Assembly: GCA_963783305.1 (NCBI GenBank)
Contig: CAWAMW010000014.1
Coordinates: forward strand, 1 to 64,000
Origin: an uncultured Gemmatimonadales bacterium
GTDB lineage: Bacteria; Gemmatimonadota; Gemmatimonadetes; Longimicrobiales; RSA9
Length of the DNA: 64,000 bases
Direction of reading: 5' to 3'
A model generated the notes under the pieces. It did not search any database. It was not told where the DNA came from and was given only the letters and a program-made list of their open reading frames with translations. This document shows positions 50,180-59,882 of the stretch, in pieces (positions within the stretch are counted from its first letter, which is position 1; every line of letters starts with the position of its first letter). The position numbers and the translations under genes are program-made.

Positions 50180-50211
50180 GCCCCGGCATCCTGATGGTTG
50201 CCGGGGCTTTT
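50180..50211 (+). terminator. Intrinsic terminator after rpmB
   Basis: GCCCCGGCA / TGCCGGGGC stem followed by TTTT. Confidence 0.75.
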
Positions 50212-50297
50212 CGTTACATGGCAGGGCCTGTTATCGTGAACGTCTCGGCGCCGACCGGCGTCGCGGCCCCCATCGACACACAATGACTGGAAGCAGC

Positions 50298-51704
50298 ATG
50301 CCGAGCGAGAACGGAACAGCGGAAGACATGGAGATGTCGAAGCACGGACGTCAGCTCATGGACCGGATCGACAGCCGGAAGGCGAAGTTCGGGATCGTGG
50401 GCCTGGGGTATGTCGGGCTTCCGCTGGCGGTAGCCATGGTGGAGGGTGGGTACGAGGTTCTCGGCCTGGACGTTTCCGAACGCGTGGTCGACCTGTTGAA
50501 CAGCGGCACGTCGCACGTGGAGGATGTCGAGCCGCACGTGGTGATGGGGATGCGGGAGAAGGGGCTGTTCGAGGCCACGACCGACGCCAGCCGGTTGGCG
50601 GAGTGCGACATCATCTCCATCGCGGTGCCCACGCCGCTGTCGAAGACGCGCGACCCGGACGTCAGCTACGTAGTGGCCGCGTCGGAGTTCGTAGCGAAAA
50701 CGCTGCGGGCGGGGCAGCTGATCATCCTGGAGTCCACCACGTACCCGGGCACGACACGGGAAGTGCTGCTGCCCAAGCTCGAGCGCACAGGGCTGCAGGT
50801 CGGGACCGACTTCTTCCTCTGCTTCAGCCCCGAGCGCGTGGACCCGGGCAACAAGGTGTGGGGCGTGAAGAACACGCCGAAGGTGATCGGCGGGACCACG
50901 CCGGCATGTGCGGCCATGGGTCAGGCGGCGTATGGCGCGGTGCTGGACACGATCGTCCCGGTCAGCTCTACCGAGGCGGCGGAGATGTCGAAGCTGCTGG
51001 AGAACACGTTCCGAGCGATCAATATCGCGCTGGTCAACGAGATGGCGCAGGCGGCGAATCGGCTGGACGTGAACGTCTGGGAGGTGATCGATGCGGCGGC
51101 CACGAAGCCATTCGGGTTCATGAAGTTCACGCCCGGGCCGGGGATCGGCGGCCACTGCATCCCCCTCGATCCGCACTATCTGTCCTGGAAGATGAAGACG
51201 CTGAACTACAGGATGCGGCTCATCGAGGTGGCGAGCGAGATCAACGCCGAGATGCCGGAGCACGTGATGGAGAAGGTCCGGGACGCGCTGAACGAGCACC
51301 GCAAGTCGGTGCTCGGCAGCCGGATCCTGATCATCGGCGCGTCGTACAAGAAGGACATCGGCGATGTGCGGGAGAGCCCGGCCATCGACATCATCCGGCT
51401 GCTCGAGGCGCAGGGTGGCGACGTTCGCTATCACGACCCGTACGTGCCGGAGTTCAGCGAGGACGGCATCGTCCGGACGAGCGTGGAGTGCACGGACGAG
51501 GAGGTCGACGCGGCCGATTGCGTCGTCATCGTGACCGACCATTCCACGGTGGACTACCTGCGGGTGGCGGAGCGCGCTCGACTGCTGGTGGACACCCGCA
51601 ATGCCGCCAGCGCCGCGGAGGGTGAGAACATCGTCCGACTGAGCGGGCCGCGTCCGTTCTCGCGGCGTAACCGAGTGACGGCGCCGGTCCAGGCACCGCT
51701 CTGA
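50298..51704 (+). CDS. UDP-N-acetylhexosamine 6-dehydrogenase (WbpA/WecC family); start uncertain (50283-50334)
   Basis: GLGYVG, LESTTYPG, FSPERVDPG, KLLENTFR, catalytic GGHCIPLDP, YKKDIGDVRESP. Confidence 0.9.
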   Translation: MPSENGTAEDMEMSKHGRQLMDRIDSRKAKFGIVGLGYVGLPLAVAMVEGGYEVLGLDVSERVVDLLNSGTSHVEDVEPHVVMGMREKGLFEATTDASRLAECDIISIAVPTPLSKTRDPDVSYVVAASEFVAKTLRAGQLIILESTTYPGTTREVLLPKLERTGLQVGTDFFLCFSPERVDPGNKVWGVKNTPKVIGGTTPACAAMGQAAYGAVLDTIVPVSSTEAAEMSKLLENTFRAINIALVNEMAQAANRLDVNVWEVIDAAATKPFGFMKFTPGPGIGGHCIPLDPHYLSWKMKTLNYRMRLIEVASEINAEMPEHVMEKVRDALNEHRKSVLGSRILIIGASYKKDIGDVRESPAIDIIRLLEAQGGDVRYHDPYVPEFSEDGIVRTSVECTDEEVDAADCVVIVTDHSTVDYLRVAERARLLVDTRNAASAAEGENIVRLSGPRPFSRRNRVTAPVQAPL

Positions 51705-51725
51705 GCGGGCCGTCAGCGCCCGCAC

Positions 51726-51775
51726 ATCGGCCCGCGCGCCTCTGATTGAGGTTCGCGGGCCGATTCTCTATCTTT
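51726..51775 (+). promoter_or_regulatory. Hairpin terminator overlapping a putative sigma70 promoter of the pilus operon
   Basis: 11-bp stem ATCGGCCCGCG/CGCGGGCCGAT; TTGAGG (51746-51751), 17 bp, TATCTT (51769-51774). Confidence 0.5.
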
Positions 51776-51802
51776 AGCGGTCCAACACCCTGAGGAGGCC
51801 CG

Positions 51803-53494
51803 ATGGCGGCGAGGAAGCGACTTGGCGAACGCCTGCTGGACCGTGGTGTCATCACGGAGGGCGAGCTCGCCGACGGCCTCCGCGCGCAACAGGTCACGGG
51901 TGAGGAGCTCGGCAGCACGCTGATGCGCCTCGGCTATGTGGACGAGGACGACCTCATGCGCCTCCTCTGCGAAGATGCCGACATCCCGTTTCTGGACCTG
52001 AACGCGGTCCAGCCGGAGACGGCGGCGGTCCGGGCGATTCCCGAGGCGCTCGCCCGGGCGCACTCGGTGCTCCCGCTGAGCCAGGAGAACGGCCGGATCC
52101 GGGTGGCCCTCGGGAATCCTTTCGACATCGGCGCGGTCACGGCGCTGGAGCGGGTGACCGGTCGACCCCTAACGGTGGTGGCAGCGCCGCGGGAAGATAT
52201 CGCGCGGCTGCTGACGGAGGTGTACGAGCGGCAGAGCCGGCCCGCGGAGGAGCCGCGGCAGGGCGCGAACGTGGTGGTGGGGTCGCGCGGGTCCGGTCGC
52301 GGCGCCGAGGCGCCCACGCGCGAGCAGCAGCGGTCGGGCGCGGGGGTGGCCGAGGAGGGCGGTGGCGCGGCGCGTCTCGCGCAGGAGATCATCCGGCGTG
52401 GCATCGTGCTGGGCGCGACCGATATCCATGTCGAGCCGCGCGAGTCCGAGGTGAGCGTGCGATACCGTCTGGACGGGCAGCTGCAGTCGGGCGGTGGCTA
52501 CCCGAAGGCGGTGCAGTCGTCGCTGCTCACGCGGCTCAAGATCATGGCCGGCCTCAACATTGCCGAGAGCCGGCTCCCGCAGGACGGCCGCTTCCGCGTC
52601 CCCGCGGACGGTCGACCCGTGGACCTGCGGATCTCGACCTATCCCACGCTGCACGGCGAGGACGTGGTGTTGCGGGTGCTGGACCGGGGGCGGGTGAAGC
52701 TGGACCTGGAAGCACTCGGCCTCGCCTCGTCGGACCTGAAGCTGCTCCGCGGCGCGCTCAAGCAGCCCCACGGGCTCATCCCCGTCACGGGTCCGACGGG
52801 CTCGGGGAAGACGACGACCCTGTACTCGGCGCTCCGGGAGCTGGACACGGAGCGGAAATCGATCCTCACCCTGGAGGATCCCATCGAGTACGAGCTGGAT
52901 GGGGTCCGACAATCGCAGATCAACGTGAAGGCGGGACTCACGTTCGCGTCTGGTCTGCGGTCTCTGCTGCGGCACGACCCGGATATCATCCTGGTGGGAG
53001 AGATGCGGGACCAGGAGACGGTGAAGATCTCGCTCACGGCGGCGCTCACGGGTCACCTGGTCCTCACGACCGTCCACACGAACTCGGCGGCGGGGGTGAT
53101 CCCGCGGCTCCTGGACATGGGCGCGGAGCCGTACGTGCTGGCGTCGTCGATCGAGCTGGTGGTGGCGCAGCGTCTGGTGCGCGTTCTGTGTCAGCAGTGC
53201 AAGCAGCCGGTGGATGTGCCGAGAGAACTGCGGGACCGGTATGGTCTTGGTGAGGAGGAGATCTACCGGGCGCGCGGGTGCAGTGCGTGTCGGCAGACGG
53301 GGTACCGCGGCCGGATCGGGGTTTTCGAGCTGCTCCCGGTCACGGCGGCGGTGGAGGAGGCGATCTATCGCCACGCTCCCGCCGAGGAGATCCAGCGGCT
53401 GACGGACCGACCCACCCTGTTCAGGGACGGTCTGCGGAAGGTAGTGGCGGGGGTGACTTCGCTGGAGGAAGTGCTGAAGGTGGCGGGGGCGTGA
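51803..53494 (+). CDS. Type IV filament assembly ATPase (MshE/PilB/GspE family) with N-terminal MshEN domain
   Basis: RLGERLLDRGVITEGELADGLRAQ; Walker A GPTGSGKT, Asp box EDPIE, Walker B IILVGEMRD, His box, CQQC/CSAC. Confidence 0.93.
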   Translation: MAARKRLGERLLDRGVITEGELADGLRAQQVTGEELGSTLMRLGYVDEDDLMRLLCEDADIPFLDLNAVQPETAAVRAIPEALARAHSVLPLSQENGRIRVALGNPFDIGAVTALERVTGRPLTVVAAPREDIARLLTEVYERQSRPAEEPRQGANVVVGSRGSGRGAEAPTREQQRSGAGVAEEGGGAARLAQEIIRRGIVLGATDIHVEPRESEVSVRYRLDGQLQSGGGYPKAVQSSLLTRLKIMAGLNIAESRLPQDGRFRVPADGRPVDLRISTYPTLHGEDVVLRVLDRGRVKLDLEALGLASSDLKLLRGALKQPHGLIPVTGPTGSGKTTTLYSALRELDTERKSILTLEDPIEYELDGVRQSQINVKAGLTFASGLRSLLRHDPDIILVGEMRDQETVKISLTAALTGHLVLTTVHTNSAAGVIPRLLDMGAEPYVLASSIELVVAQRLVRVLCQQCKQPVDVPRELRDRYGLGEEEIYRARGCSACRQTGYRGRIGVFELLPVTAAVEEAIYRHAPAEEIQRLTDRPTLFRDGLRKVVAGVTSLEEVLKVAGA

Positions 53495-53500
53495 TAGGGC

Positions 53501-54706
53501 ATGCCTGAGTTCGCCTATGAAGCGTTGACCGCGGCGGGCGCGGTGACGAGTGGGGCGATGCCAGCGGCGGACGAGGCGGAGCTGGAGGAGCGGCTTCGGA
53601 GCCAGGGCTCGTATCTGATCCGCGCGTCGATGTCGGCCTCGGCGGCGCGCCGGCGTACGGACGGGGCGGTCGACCAACGGGAGCTGCTGGGGTTCACGGA
53701 GTACATCTCGGCATCGATCGAGGCCGGGATCCCGATCCTCGCAACGCTGGACGACGTGGGGATCCGGATGAAGACTCGCCGGCTGACCCGGATCGTGGAG
53801 GAGGTCCGGACGTCCATGGCGGAGGAGGGTAAAAGCCTCTCGGAGTCGCTGTCGGAGCATCCGAAGGCCTTCAGCCGACTGTACGTGAGCACGGTGGCGG
53901 CCGGCGAGGCCACGGGTCACCTGGATTACGCGCTGAACCAGCTCGTGGAGTATCTGGACTGGCAGCAGGAGATCCGGTCACAGCTGCGCCAGGCGACGGT
54001 GTACCCGGCGATCGTTCTGCTCGCCATGGGAGTGCTGATCGCGACCCTGGTGGGTTTCGTGTTCCCGCGGCTCTTCCCGGTGCTCAGCACCTTCGACGTG
54101 GAGCTTCCGTGGCCGACGCGTGTGATCATGGCGGTGGCCACGTTCCTCTCGGCGTACTGGCTGCTGCTGCTGGGAGGTCTGCTGGCGCTGGGGATCGCCG
54201 TGCTCCTGCTGCGCCGGACCCCGGGGGGTCGCCGGATGCTGGACGCGGTCACGCTGCGGGTCCCCATCTTCGGTCCGTTGATCCACCAGATCAACATGGC
54301 CCGCTTCGTCACGTACCTGGCGCTGTTCTACCGGACCGGGGTAGAGCTGCTGCACGGCCTGAGGATGGTCGAGGAGATGATGGAGAACCGGGTGGTGGCG
54401 GAGGCCGTGCGGGACGCTCGACAGGCGGTGTCGCAGGGTGAGACGCTTTCGAGTGCTTTTGGCGCGAACCGGCTCTTCCCGATGGTCGTGACGCGGAGCA
54501 TCGCGCTGGGGGAGCGGACGGGGAGCCTGGACGAGGCGCTTGGGCGCGCGAAGGGATACTACGACCGCGAGGTTCCCGCGTCGGTGAACCGGATGCTCAC
54601 AGCGCTGCAGCCTCTGCTGGTGGTTTTGATGGGCGGAGTGATCGTGATCATCGCGCTCTCGATCTTCCTGCCGATCCTCACCATCTATCAGTCGCTGGGC
54701 CGATAG
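53501..54706 (+). CDS. Inner-membrane platform protein (MshG/PilC/GspF family)
   Basis: Two T2SSF repeats (EGKSLSESL..AGEATGHLD; GETLS..GERTGSLD) and three TM helices. Confidence 0.92.
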   Translation: MPEFAYEALTAAGAVTSGAMPAADEAELEERLRSQGSYLIRASMSASAARRRTDGAVDQRELLGFTEYISASIEAGIPILATLDDVGIRMKTRRLTRIVEEVRTSMAEEGKSLSESLSEHPKAFSRLYVSTVAAGEATGHLDYALNQLVEYLDWQQEIRSQLRQATVYPAIVLLAMGVLIATLVGFVFPRLFPVLSTFDVELPWPTRVIMAVATFLSAYWLLLLGGLLALGIAVLLLRRTPGGRRMLDAVTLRVPIFGPLIHQINMARFVTYLALFYRTGVELLHGLRMVEEMMENRVVAEAVRDARQAVSQGETLSSAFGANRLFPMVVTRSIALGERTGSLDEALGRAKGYYDREVPASVNRMLTALQPLLVVLMGGVIVIIALSIFLPILTIYQSLGR

Positions 54707-54708
54707 CG

Positions 54709-56193
54709 GTGCTGCGGATCCCGTTCCTCGACCGGCTCCTGTCCCCGGGCGGCGCGTCTCGTCATTTCGCGGCGGTCGCGGGGCCCCACGGCGTGCACGC
54801 AGTGGAGTACCGTCGTGAGCGCGGGGAGGTGGTCCTGGTGGCGGGCGTGCGGCAGTCGGCGGGGGGTACGGACACGGAGGCGCTGGCCGTGGCGGTGGCG
54901 GATGCGGTAGAAGCGCTCGGCGGGGGTGGGGGCACACTGTCGCTGGCGGTGAGCGGATACGGCACCGCTCACCATGTCCTGAGTCTCCCCGCCGCGGACG
55001 AGGAGATCCTGCGGCCGATCGTGCGACGGGAGCTGCTCCGTTACTACCCGGAGCTGGACGACCCTGTCATCGATTTCGCCGTACCGGCCGAGGCGGGCGG
55101 CGGCGCGTCCACGAGCCGAGAGATGCTCGTGGGTGCGGCGCCCCGTGGAGTGGCGGTGGAGCTGTCTCAGCGGCTGGGAGAGCGAGGAATCGTGCTGCAC
55201 CACCTCACGGTGCTGCCCGATGTGCTGCAGACGCTTTACGACACGTTCGACGGGTCGGAGGCGGCGACGGTGGTAGTGGTGGTGCTGGAGACGGGCGCCC
55301 TGATCGGCTGCTTCCATCTGGGCGCGCTGCGGCTCTTCATCGAGCCGCCGCAGGACGTCCACGGTCGTCCGGTGCGAGATCCCACTGCGGTGGCAGAGCA
55401 GGTGGAGCGGGCGAACCTCTTCCTCCGGCAGCAGTTCCCGAACGTGCGCGTGGACCGGGTCCTCCTTGCCGCGCCCTCGGGGGAGGTGGACGCGCTGCGG
55501 AGCGCACTGGAGGAGCAACTGGACTCCAGAGTGAGCAGCCTGGCGGATGTGCCGGGTGGGTCACTGGCGGCGCTCGGTGTGGCGCTCTCGGCGGACCGGG
55601 TGCCGCGGTTCCAGCTGCTCCCGGCCGCCGTGAGGCCCCGCACCCATTCGGAGCGGGTGACGCGGCGGGTGTCCGTGGCCGCGGGAGCGCTGATCGTGCT
55701 GGCCGCCCTCTGGTGGGCGGGCGCGGGACTTCGGGTCGCGCGAGCCGAGGCCGCTCGGGCGGAGGCGGTGGAAACGGAGGTCTCGTCGGTGCTTCCCGAA
55801 GTGAACCGCACGAGCGAGATCCTGAACGCGCGCCGGGCCCATCATCTCCGGCTGGTCTTCCTGGACGAGACGGCGGCGAGCCGCGTCGAGGCCCGGCGGA
55901 TCCTGGCGGGAGTGGCTGCGGAGAGCCGCCCCGAAGTTCGGCTCGAGTCGCTGGTGATCCAGCGGGTGGAGGCAGGGTGGTCGGTATCGCTGGCCGGGCG
56001 TTCGGAAGGTGGGAGCAGCGCCGTGGCCGTGAGGGCCATTGACGGGCTGTACCGGGGGATGCAGGAGCGGCTGCCAGTGGTACAGGCCGAGTTCGGGGGG
56101 ATGGAAGCGGTGGGCGGGGAGAGCGACCCGGCCGTTGCCATTGGGTTTGACATGTCGTTTATTGTCCAATGGCAGACGGACTTAGCCCGCTGA
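54709..56193 (+). CDS. PilM-PilN-like fusion (MshI/GspL-like)
   Basis: Cytoplasmic actin-like region, FQLLP (PilN NLLP-like), one TM helix, periplasmic ferredoxin-like C-terminus. Confidence 0.65.
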   Translation: MLRIPFLDRLLSPGGASRHFAAVAGPHGVHAVEYRRERGEVVLVAGVRQSAGGTDTEALAVAVADAVEALGGGGGTLSLAVSGYGTAHHVLSLPAADEEILRPIVRRELLRYYPELDDPVIDFAVPAEAGGGASTSREMLVGAAPRGVAVELSQRLGERGIVLHHLTVLPDVLQTLYDTFDGSEAATVVVVVLETGALIGCFHLGALRLFIEPPQDVHGRPVRDPTAVAEQVERANLFLRQQFPNVRVDRVLLAAPSGEVDALRSALEEQLDSRVSSLADVPGGSLAALGVALSADRVPRFQLLPAAVRPRTHSERVTRRVSVAAGALIVLAALWWAGAGLRVARAEAARAEAVETEVSSVLPEVNRTSEILNARRAHHLRLVFLDETAASRVEARRILAGVAAESRPEVRLESLVIQRVEAGWSVSLAGRSEGGSSAVAVRAIDGLYRGMQERLPVVQAEFGGMEAVGGESDPAVAIGFDMSFIVQWQTDLAR

Positions 56194-56786
56194 AGGCCCG
56201 GCTCACGACGGCCGTGGAAGTGACCGTCGGGAGCCTCCGGCGCCACGCGTTCTGGATCGCCCTCCCCGTGGCGGTGCTCGGCGTCGTGCTGGTGGCGTGG
56301 CTGGTGGGCGCGGGTGCGCAGCTGCGCGCGGATGAGTGGCGGGTGCGCTCGGGTGAGCTGCTCGCGACGCGTGAGGCGGCGGCGATGTGGCGGGAGGAGC
56401 TGATACCGCCGACCGACCGGGAGCGGGCGAGGTGGCAGGAGAGTGAGGCGGCGGTTCAGGAGCGGGCGATCGATCCTGCCGATCGGCTGGCCCTGCTCCA
56501 GGAGGTCGCGCAGAGGGCGGAAGACCTTGGGATCGCCGGGGTCTCGGTGTTCTTCGAAAGCGCCGACACGCTGGAGACGAGCGCGATCCGTGAGGTGGGC
56601 GAGGCGGTATTCGAAGTGGCGCCGTGGGCCATGGGTGTCCGGTTCGTGGCCGGCTATGAGGCCGTGTCGTCGTTTATCGGGTCCCTTCCCCCGCAGGTGG
56701 ATGTCCACCGAATGCGACTCAGCGCGACGGAAGCCGGTGTGGAGACGGAGCTATTGCTCATCATGTTCGCCAACGACGGATCGTGA
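56169..56786 (+). CDS. PilO/MshJ-like assembly protein
   Basis: TM helix, coiled coil, AGYEAVSSFIGSL (PilO GxY..F.. pattern); operon position. Confidence 0.55.
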   Translation: MADGLSPLKARLTTAVEVTVGSLRRHAFWIALPVAVLGVVLVAWLVGAGAQLRADEWRVRSGELLATREAAAMWREELIPPTDRERARWQESEAAVQERAIDPADRLALLQEVAQRAEDLGIAGVSVFFESADTLETSAIREVGEAVFEVAPWAMGVRFVAGYEAVSSFIGSLPPQVDVHRMRLSATEAGVETELLLIMFANDGS

Positions 56787-57307
56787 AGAGCCAGGAGCTC
56801 AGGGATTCGGCGTGGCTGCTGGGGGCCGGCGTGGTGGTGGCCGTCGCGCTAGCGCTCGTGGCAGCCATCAGCACTCCGGAGCCACCGCAGCGGATGGCGC
56901 TGCCCACCGCGGGCGAGCTGGTCGAGCTGGAGCCGTACCTCGACCCCGCGGAGATCCAGCTGCCGGAGGAGCCGGGCGTCCCGCCCCTGGTGTTCATCGA
57001 CGGGGATCCGTTCGGGGTCGAATCCGGCTACGGCGAGTGGGCGGGTCCGGCGGGAGTGGGCGGAGCGGGTGGTGGGGCAGGTGGGTCGGGCGGGGGGGCA
57101 GGTGCGGACGCGGCCCCGCGCTGGACGCTCAGCGCGGTCCTGATCGCAGGAGACCGTCGCAGCGCGATCGTGAACGACCGTGTGGTGCGGCCGGGCGACC
57201 GGCTGGCTGACGGCACGCGCGTGGAGGTGGTCGAAGGTGACCACGTAATCATCGTCACACCGGACGGCATGCGGCACAGGCTGGAGCTCGAGAGGCGGGG
57301 ATCATGA
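56783..57307 (+). CDS. MshK/PilP-like protein
   Basis: TM helix, DPF motif, Gly linker, LSAVLIAGDRRSAIVNDRVVRPGD. Confidence 0.65.
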   Translation: MKSQELRDSAWLLGAGVVVAVALALVAAISTPEPPQRMALPTAGELVELEPYLDPAEIQLPEEPGVPPLVFIDGDPFGVESGYGEWAGPAGVGGAGGGAGGSGGGAGADAAPRWTLSAVLIAGDRRSAIVNDRVVRPGDRLADGTRVEVVEGDHVIIVTPDGMRHRLELERRGS

Positions 57308-58935
57308 GAGGAATACAGGGGCGCCCATGGGTTATCGCGGGAGCGGCACTGGTCGTCGCCGCGTGCGCCTCGCATGACCAGGCCGGATCGGCGGAACCGC
57401 GGACTGTGGTGCAGACCGGCCCGCCGCCCGCCGAAGCGGCGGAGGCGCCGCTTCCCAACCTGCCGGTGAGCCAGATGGAGCCTCGCGACGGGGGTGGCTG
57501 GCCGCGTGTGGAGTCGCTGGAGGCGGTGGATCAGGACCTCCGGGCGGTGCTGCGCGGCGTCGCCGACGAGTACGGCCTCGCCTTCCAGATCGATCCCAGT
57601 GTGAACGCCCGCGTGACCACGCGACTCCGCAACGCGACGCTCCGGGAGGTGCTGGATGCGCTCACTCTGCCGTACGGCTACACCTATGAGCTGTCGGGGC
57701 AGACGCTGCGGGTGGAGCCGGTACGGACGCAGTCCCGACTTTTCACACTCGATTTCATTGCTCTCTCCCGCGTGGGAGTGGGCACGACGGTGATCCAGCG
57801 CCGTCTGAGCACCGCAGGGACCCGAGCCGGGTTCGGCGGGGGCAGTGCGTCGGGGCTGCCGGTGGGCGGGGGTGGGATCGGAGGTGCCGCGGGTGGTGCG
57901 GACGTCATCACCAGCGTCTCGGTGACGGACCTCTGGGAGGACATGAGGGTGGCGCTGGAAGGGCTGGTGTTCGGGGAAGTGCAGAGCGCCGCCGAGGCGG
58001 GGATCGAGCGGCAGCGGGCCACAGACGGTATGGGTGGGCTCGGGGGTCGGGCACCGCAGACCACGTCGCGGGTGTCGGAAGACGGACGGCGTCTGATCGT
58101 GAATCCGGCGGCAGGGACCATCCTGGTCTCCGCATCGCCGGCGCGGCTGGAGGAGGTGGAGCTCTACATTCGGAGCTTCGAGGCGGCGATCCAGCGGCAG
58201 GTCCGGATCGAGGCGAAATTCGTGGAGGTGATGCTGGATCGCGAGTCGTCGTTCGGGATCGACTGGGGCGTCGTGAAGAACTTCGCCGACCTGGGGATCC
58301 GCCTCCAGTCCACGCCGTCGTCTCAGGGGGTGGAGTTCAATCTCGCCCACGGCGCCGAGAGCGTCACAGCGGTGCTCCATGCGCTGGAGACCCAGGGGGA
58401 CGTGCGTGTGCTGTCGAGCCCGGGGGTGTCGACGCTCAACAACCAGCGTGCGGTGTTCAACGTCACGACCGAGGAAGTATTCTTCGCCGTGACGCGGGAG
58501 CCGGTGCGGGATGCGAGAGGCGACTTCATCCAGTTCGACACCCAGGTCGAGACGCAGCCGGTGGCGGTCGGGATCGTCATGGACGTTCTGCCCCAGATCT
58601 CCGCGGACAACCACATCACGATGAACGTGCGGCCCATGGTGACGAGCCTGGCCCGGATCGAGGAGTTCACCCAGGACGACAACTTCGCGCGGGCGCCCAT
58701 CATCGACCGCCGCGAGCTGGACACGATGGTCCGGGTCCGGAGCGGGGAGACCCACGTGATCGGTGGTCTGATCCAGACGCGGACCGAGCACGTCCGCGTG
58801 GGGGTGCCCGGTCTCAAGGACATCCCGTACCTGGGATACCTGTTCGGGACGACCCGTACCGTCGAGACTCGCAGCGAGCTCGTGATCTTCATCACTCCCA
58901 CCATCATCGCGGGCGCCGCGCCCGCCGTCCCCTGA
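57304..58935 (+). CDS. mshL: MshL-type lipoprotein secretin
   Basis: Lipobox VAAC, STN domain, Gly-rich insert, DLWEDMRVAL, LIVNPAAGTILV..RQVRIEAKFVEV, GVPGLKDIPYLGYLF, SELVIFITP. Confidence 0.85.
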   Translation: MRGIQGRPWVIAGAALVVAACASHDQAGSAEPRTVVQTGPPPAEAAEAPLPNLPVSQMEPRDGGGWPRVESLEAVDQDLRAVLRGVADEYGLAFQIDPSVNARVTTRLRNATLREVLDALTLPYGYTYELSGQTLRVEPVRTQSRLFTLDFIALSRVGVGTTVIQRRLSTAGTRAGFGGGSASGLPVGGGGIGGAAGGADVITSVSVTDLWEDMRVALEGLVFGEVQSAAEAGIERQRATDGMGGLGGRAPQTTSRVSEDGRRLIVNPAAGTILVSASPARLEEVELYIRSFEAAIQRQVRIEAKFVEVMLDRESSFGIDWGVVKNFADLGIRLQSTPSSQGVEFNLAHGAESVTAVLHALETQGDVRVLSSPGVSTLNNQRAVFNVTTEEVFFAVTREPVRDARGDFIQFDTQVETQPVAVGIVMDVLPQISADNHITMNVRPMVTSLARIEEFTQDDNFARAPIIDRRELDTMVRVRSGETHVIGGLIQTRTEHVRVGVPGLKDIPYLGYLFGTTRTVETRSELVIFITPTIIAGAAPAVP

Positions 58936-58940
58936 ACTCC

Positions 58941-59882
58941 ATGTACGAGGAGTTCTTCGGACTGGAGGAACGGCCCTTCCGCCTGACCCCCAATCCGCGC
59001 TACGTCTTCTATTCGGATCGCTATCGGAACGCCCTGGAGCAGCTCCATTTCGGCGTGGAAAACCGGGAGGGGTTCCTCCTCCTCACCGGGCTGGTGGGCA
59101 CGGGCAAGACCACGCTGAGCCGCGACCTGCTCGAGAACCTCGATGACGGGCGGCACCGCACCGCGCTCATCTTCAATCCTTTCCTGGACGCGCGTGAAAT
59201 GCTGCAGGCGCTCCTCTCGGAGTTCGGCTGCAGTTATCCGCGCGACGCCACGAAGAAGGAGCTTCTGGACCGGCTCAACACGTTCCTCCTCGCCCAGCTC
59301 GTCCACGGGCAGACGTGCGTGGCGCTGTTCGACGAGGCCCAGCACCTGAGCGAGGAGTTCCTCGAGCAGGTGCGGGTCCTGAGCAACCTGGAGACGGAGC
59401 ACGAGAAGCTGCTCCAGATCGTGCTGGTGGGCCAGCCGGAGCTCCGGGAGCGTATCCAGCGGCCGTCGCTGGCGCAGCTGGACCAGCGAGTGGCGGTCCG
59501 ATGCACGTTGAGCACGTTGAGCGAGGAGGAGACGGAGCGCTACCTCTATCACCGCATCAACGTGGCGGGCGGGCGCGGGGGTGTGGCCTTCGATCGGCGC
59601 GCGATCCGGATGATCCACCGCGAGTCGGAGGGCGTCCCGCGGCTGGTGAATCTCGCGGCGGACCGCGCGCTGCTGGCGGCGTACGTGGACCGGTCCACGA
59701 CGGTGAAGCGGTCGCACGTCAAGAAGGGCCTGGAGTCGCTGCGAGGCGAGGAGCGGGAGGCGGTGTCGGCGGAGATCGGGAAGACGGGAGGGGTTGGTCG
59801 CGGCTGGGTTGTGGCGCTGCTGGTGGCGGCCGCGGTCGTGTTGGCGGTGGCGGCGTATCTCTACCTGGGAGGGCGTCCATGA
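58941..59882 (+). CDS. ExeA/MshM-family AAA ATPase with C-terminal TM helix
   Basis: MYEEFFGLEERPFRLTP, GLVGTGKT, LFDEAQ, LVGQPEL, GVPRLVN. Confidence 0.9.
   Translation: MYEEFFGLEERPFRLTPNPRYVFYSDRYRNALEQLHFGVENREGFLLLTGLVGTGKTTLSRDLLENLDDGRHRTALIFNPFLDAREMLQALLSEFGCSYPRDATKKELLDRLNTFLLAQLVHGQTCVALFDEAQHLSEEFLEQVRVLSNLETEHEKLLQIVLVGQPELRERIQRPSLAQLDQRVAVRCTLSTLSEEETERYLYHRINVAGGRGGVAFDRRAIRMIHRESEGVPRLVNLAADRALLAAYVDRSTTVKRSHVKKGLESLRGEEREAVSAEIGKTGGVGRGWVVALLVAAAVVLAVAAYLYLGGRP

Noticed and set aside
57040..57110. G-rich tract as a G-quadruplex or repeat element
   Set aside because: Explained by the Gly/Ala linker codons of the MshK-like protein.
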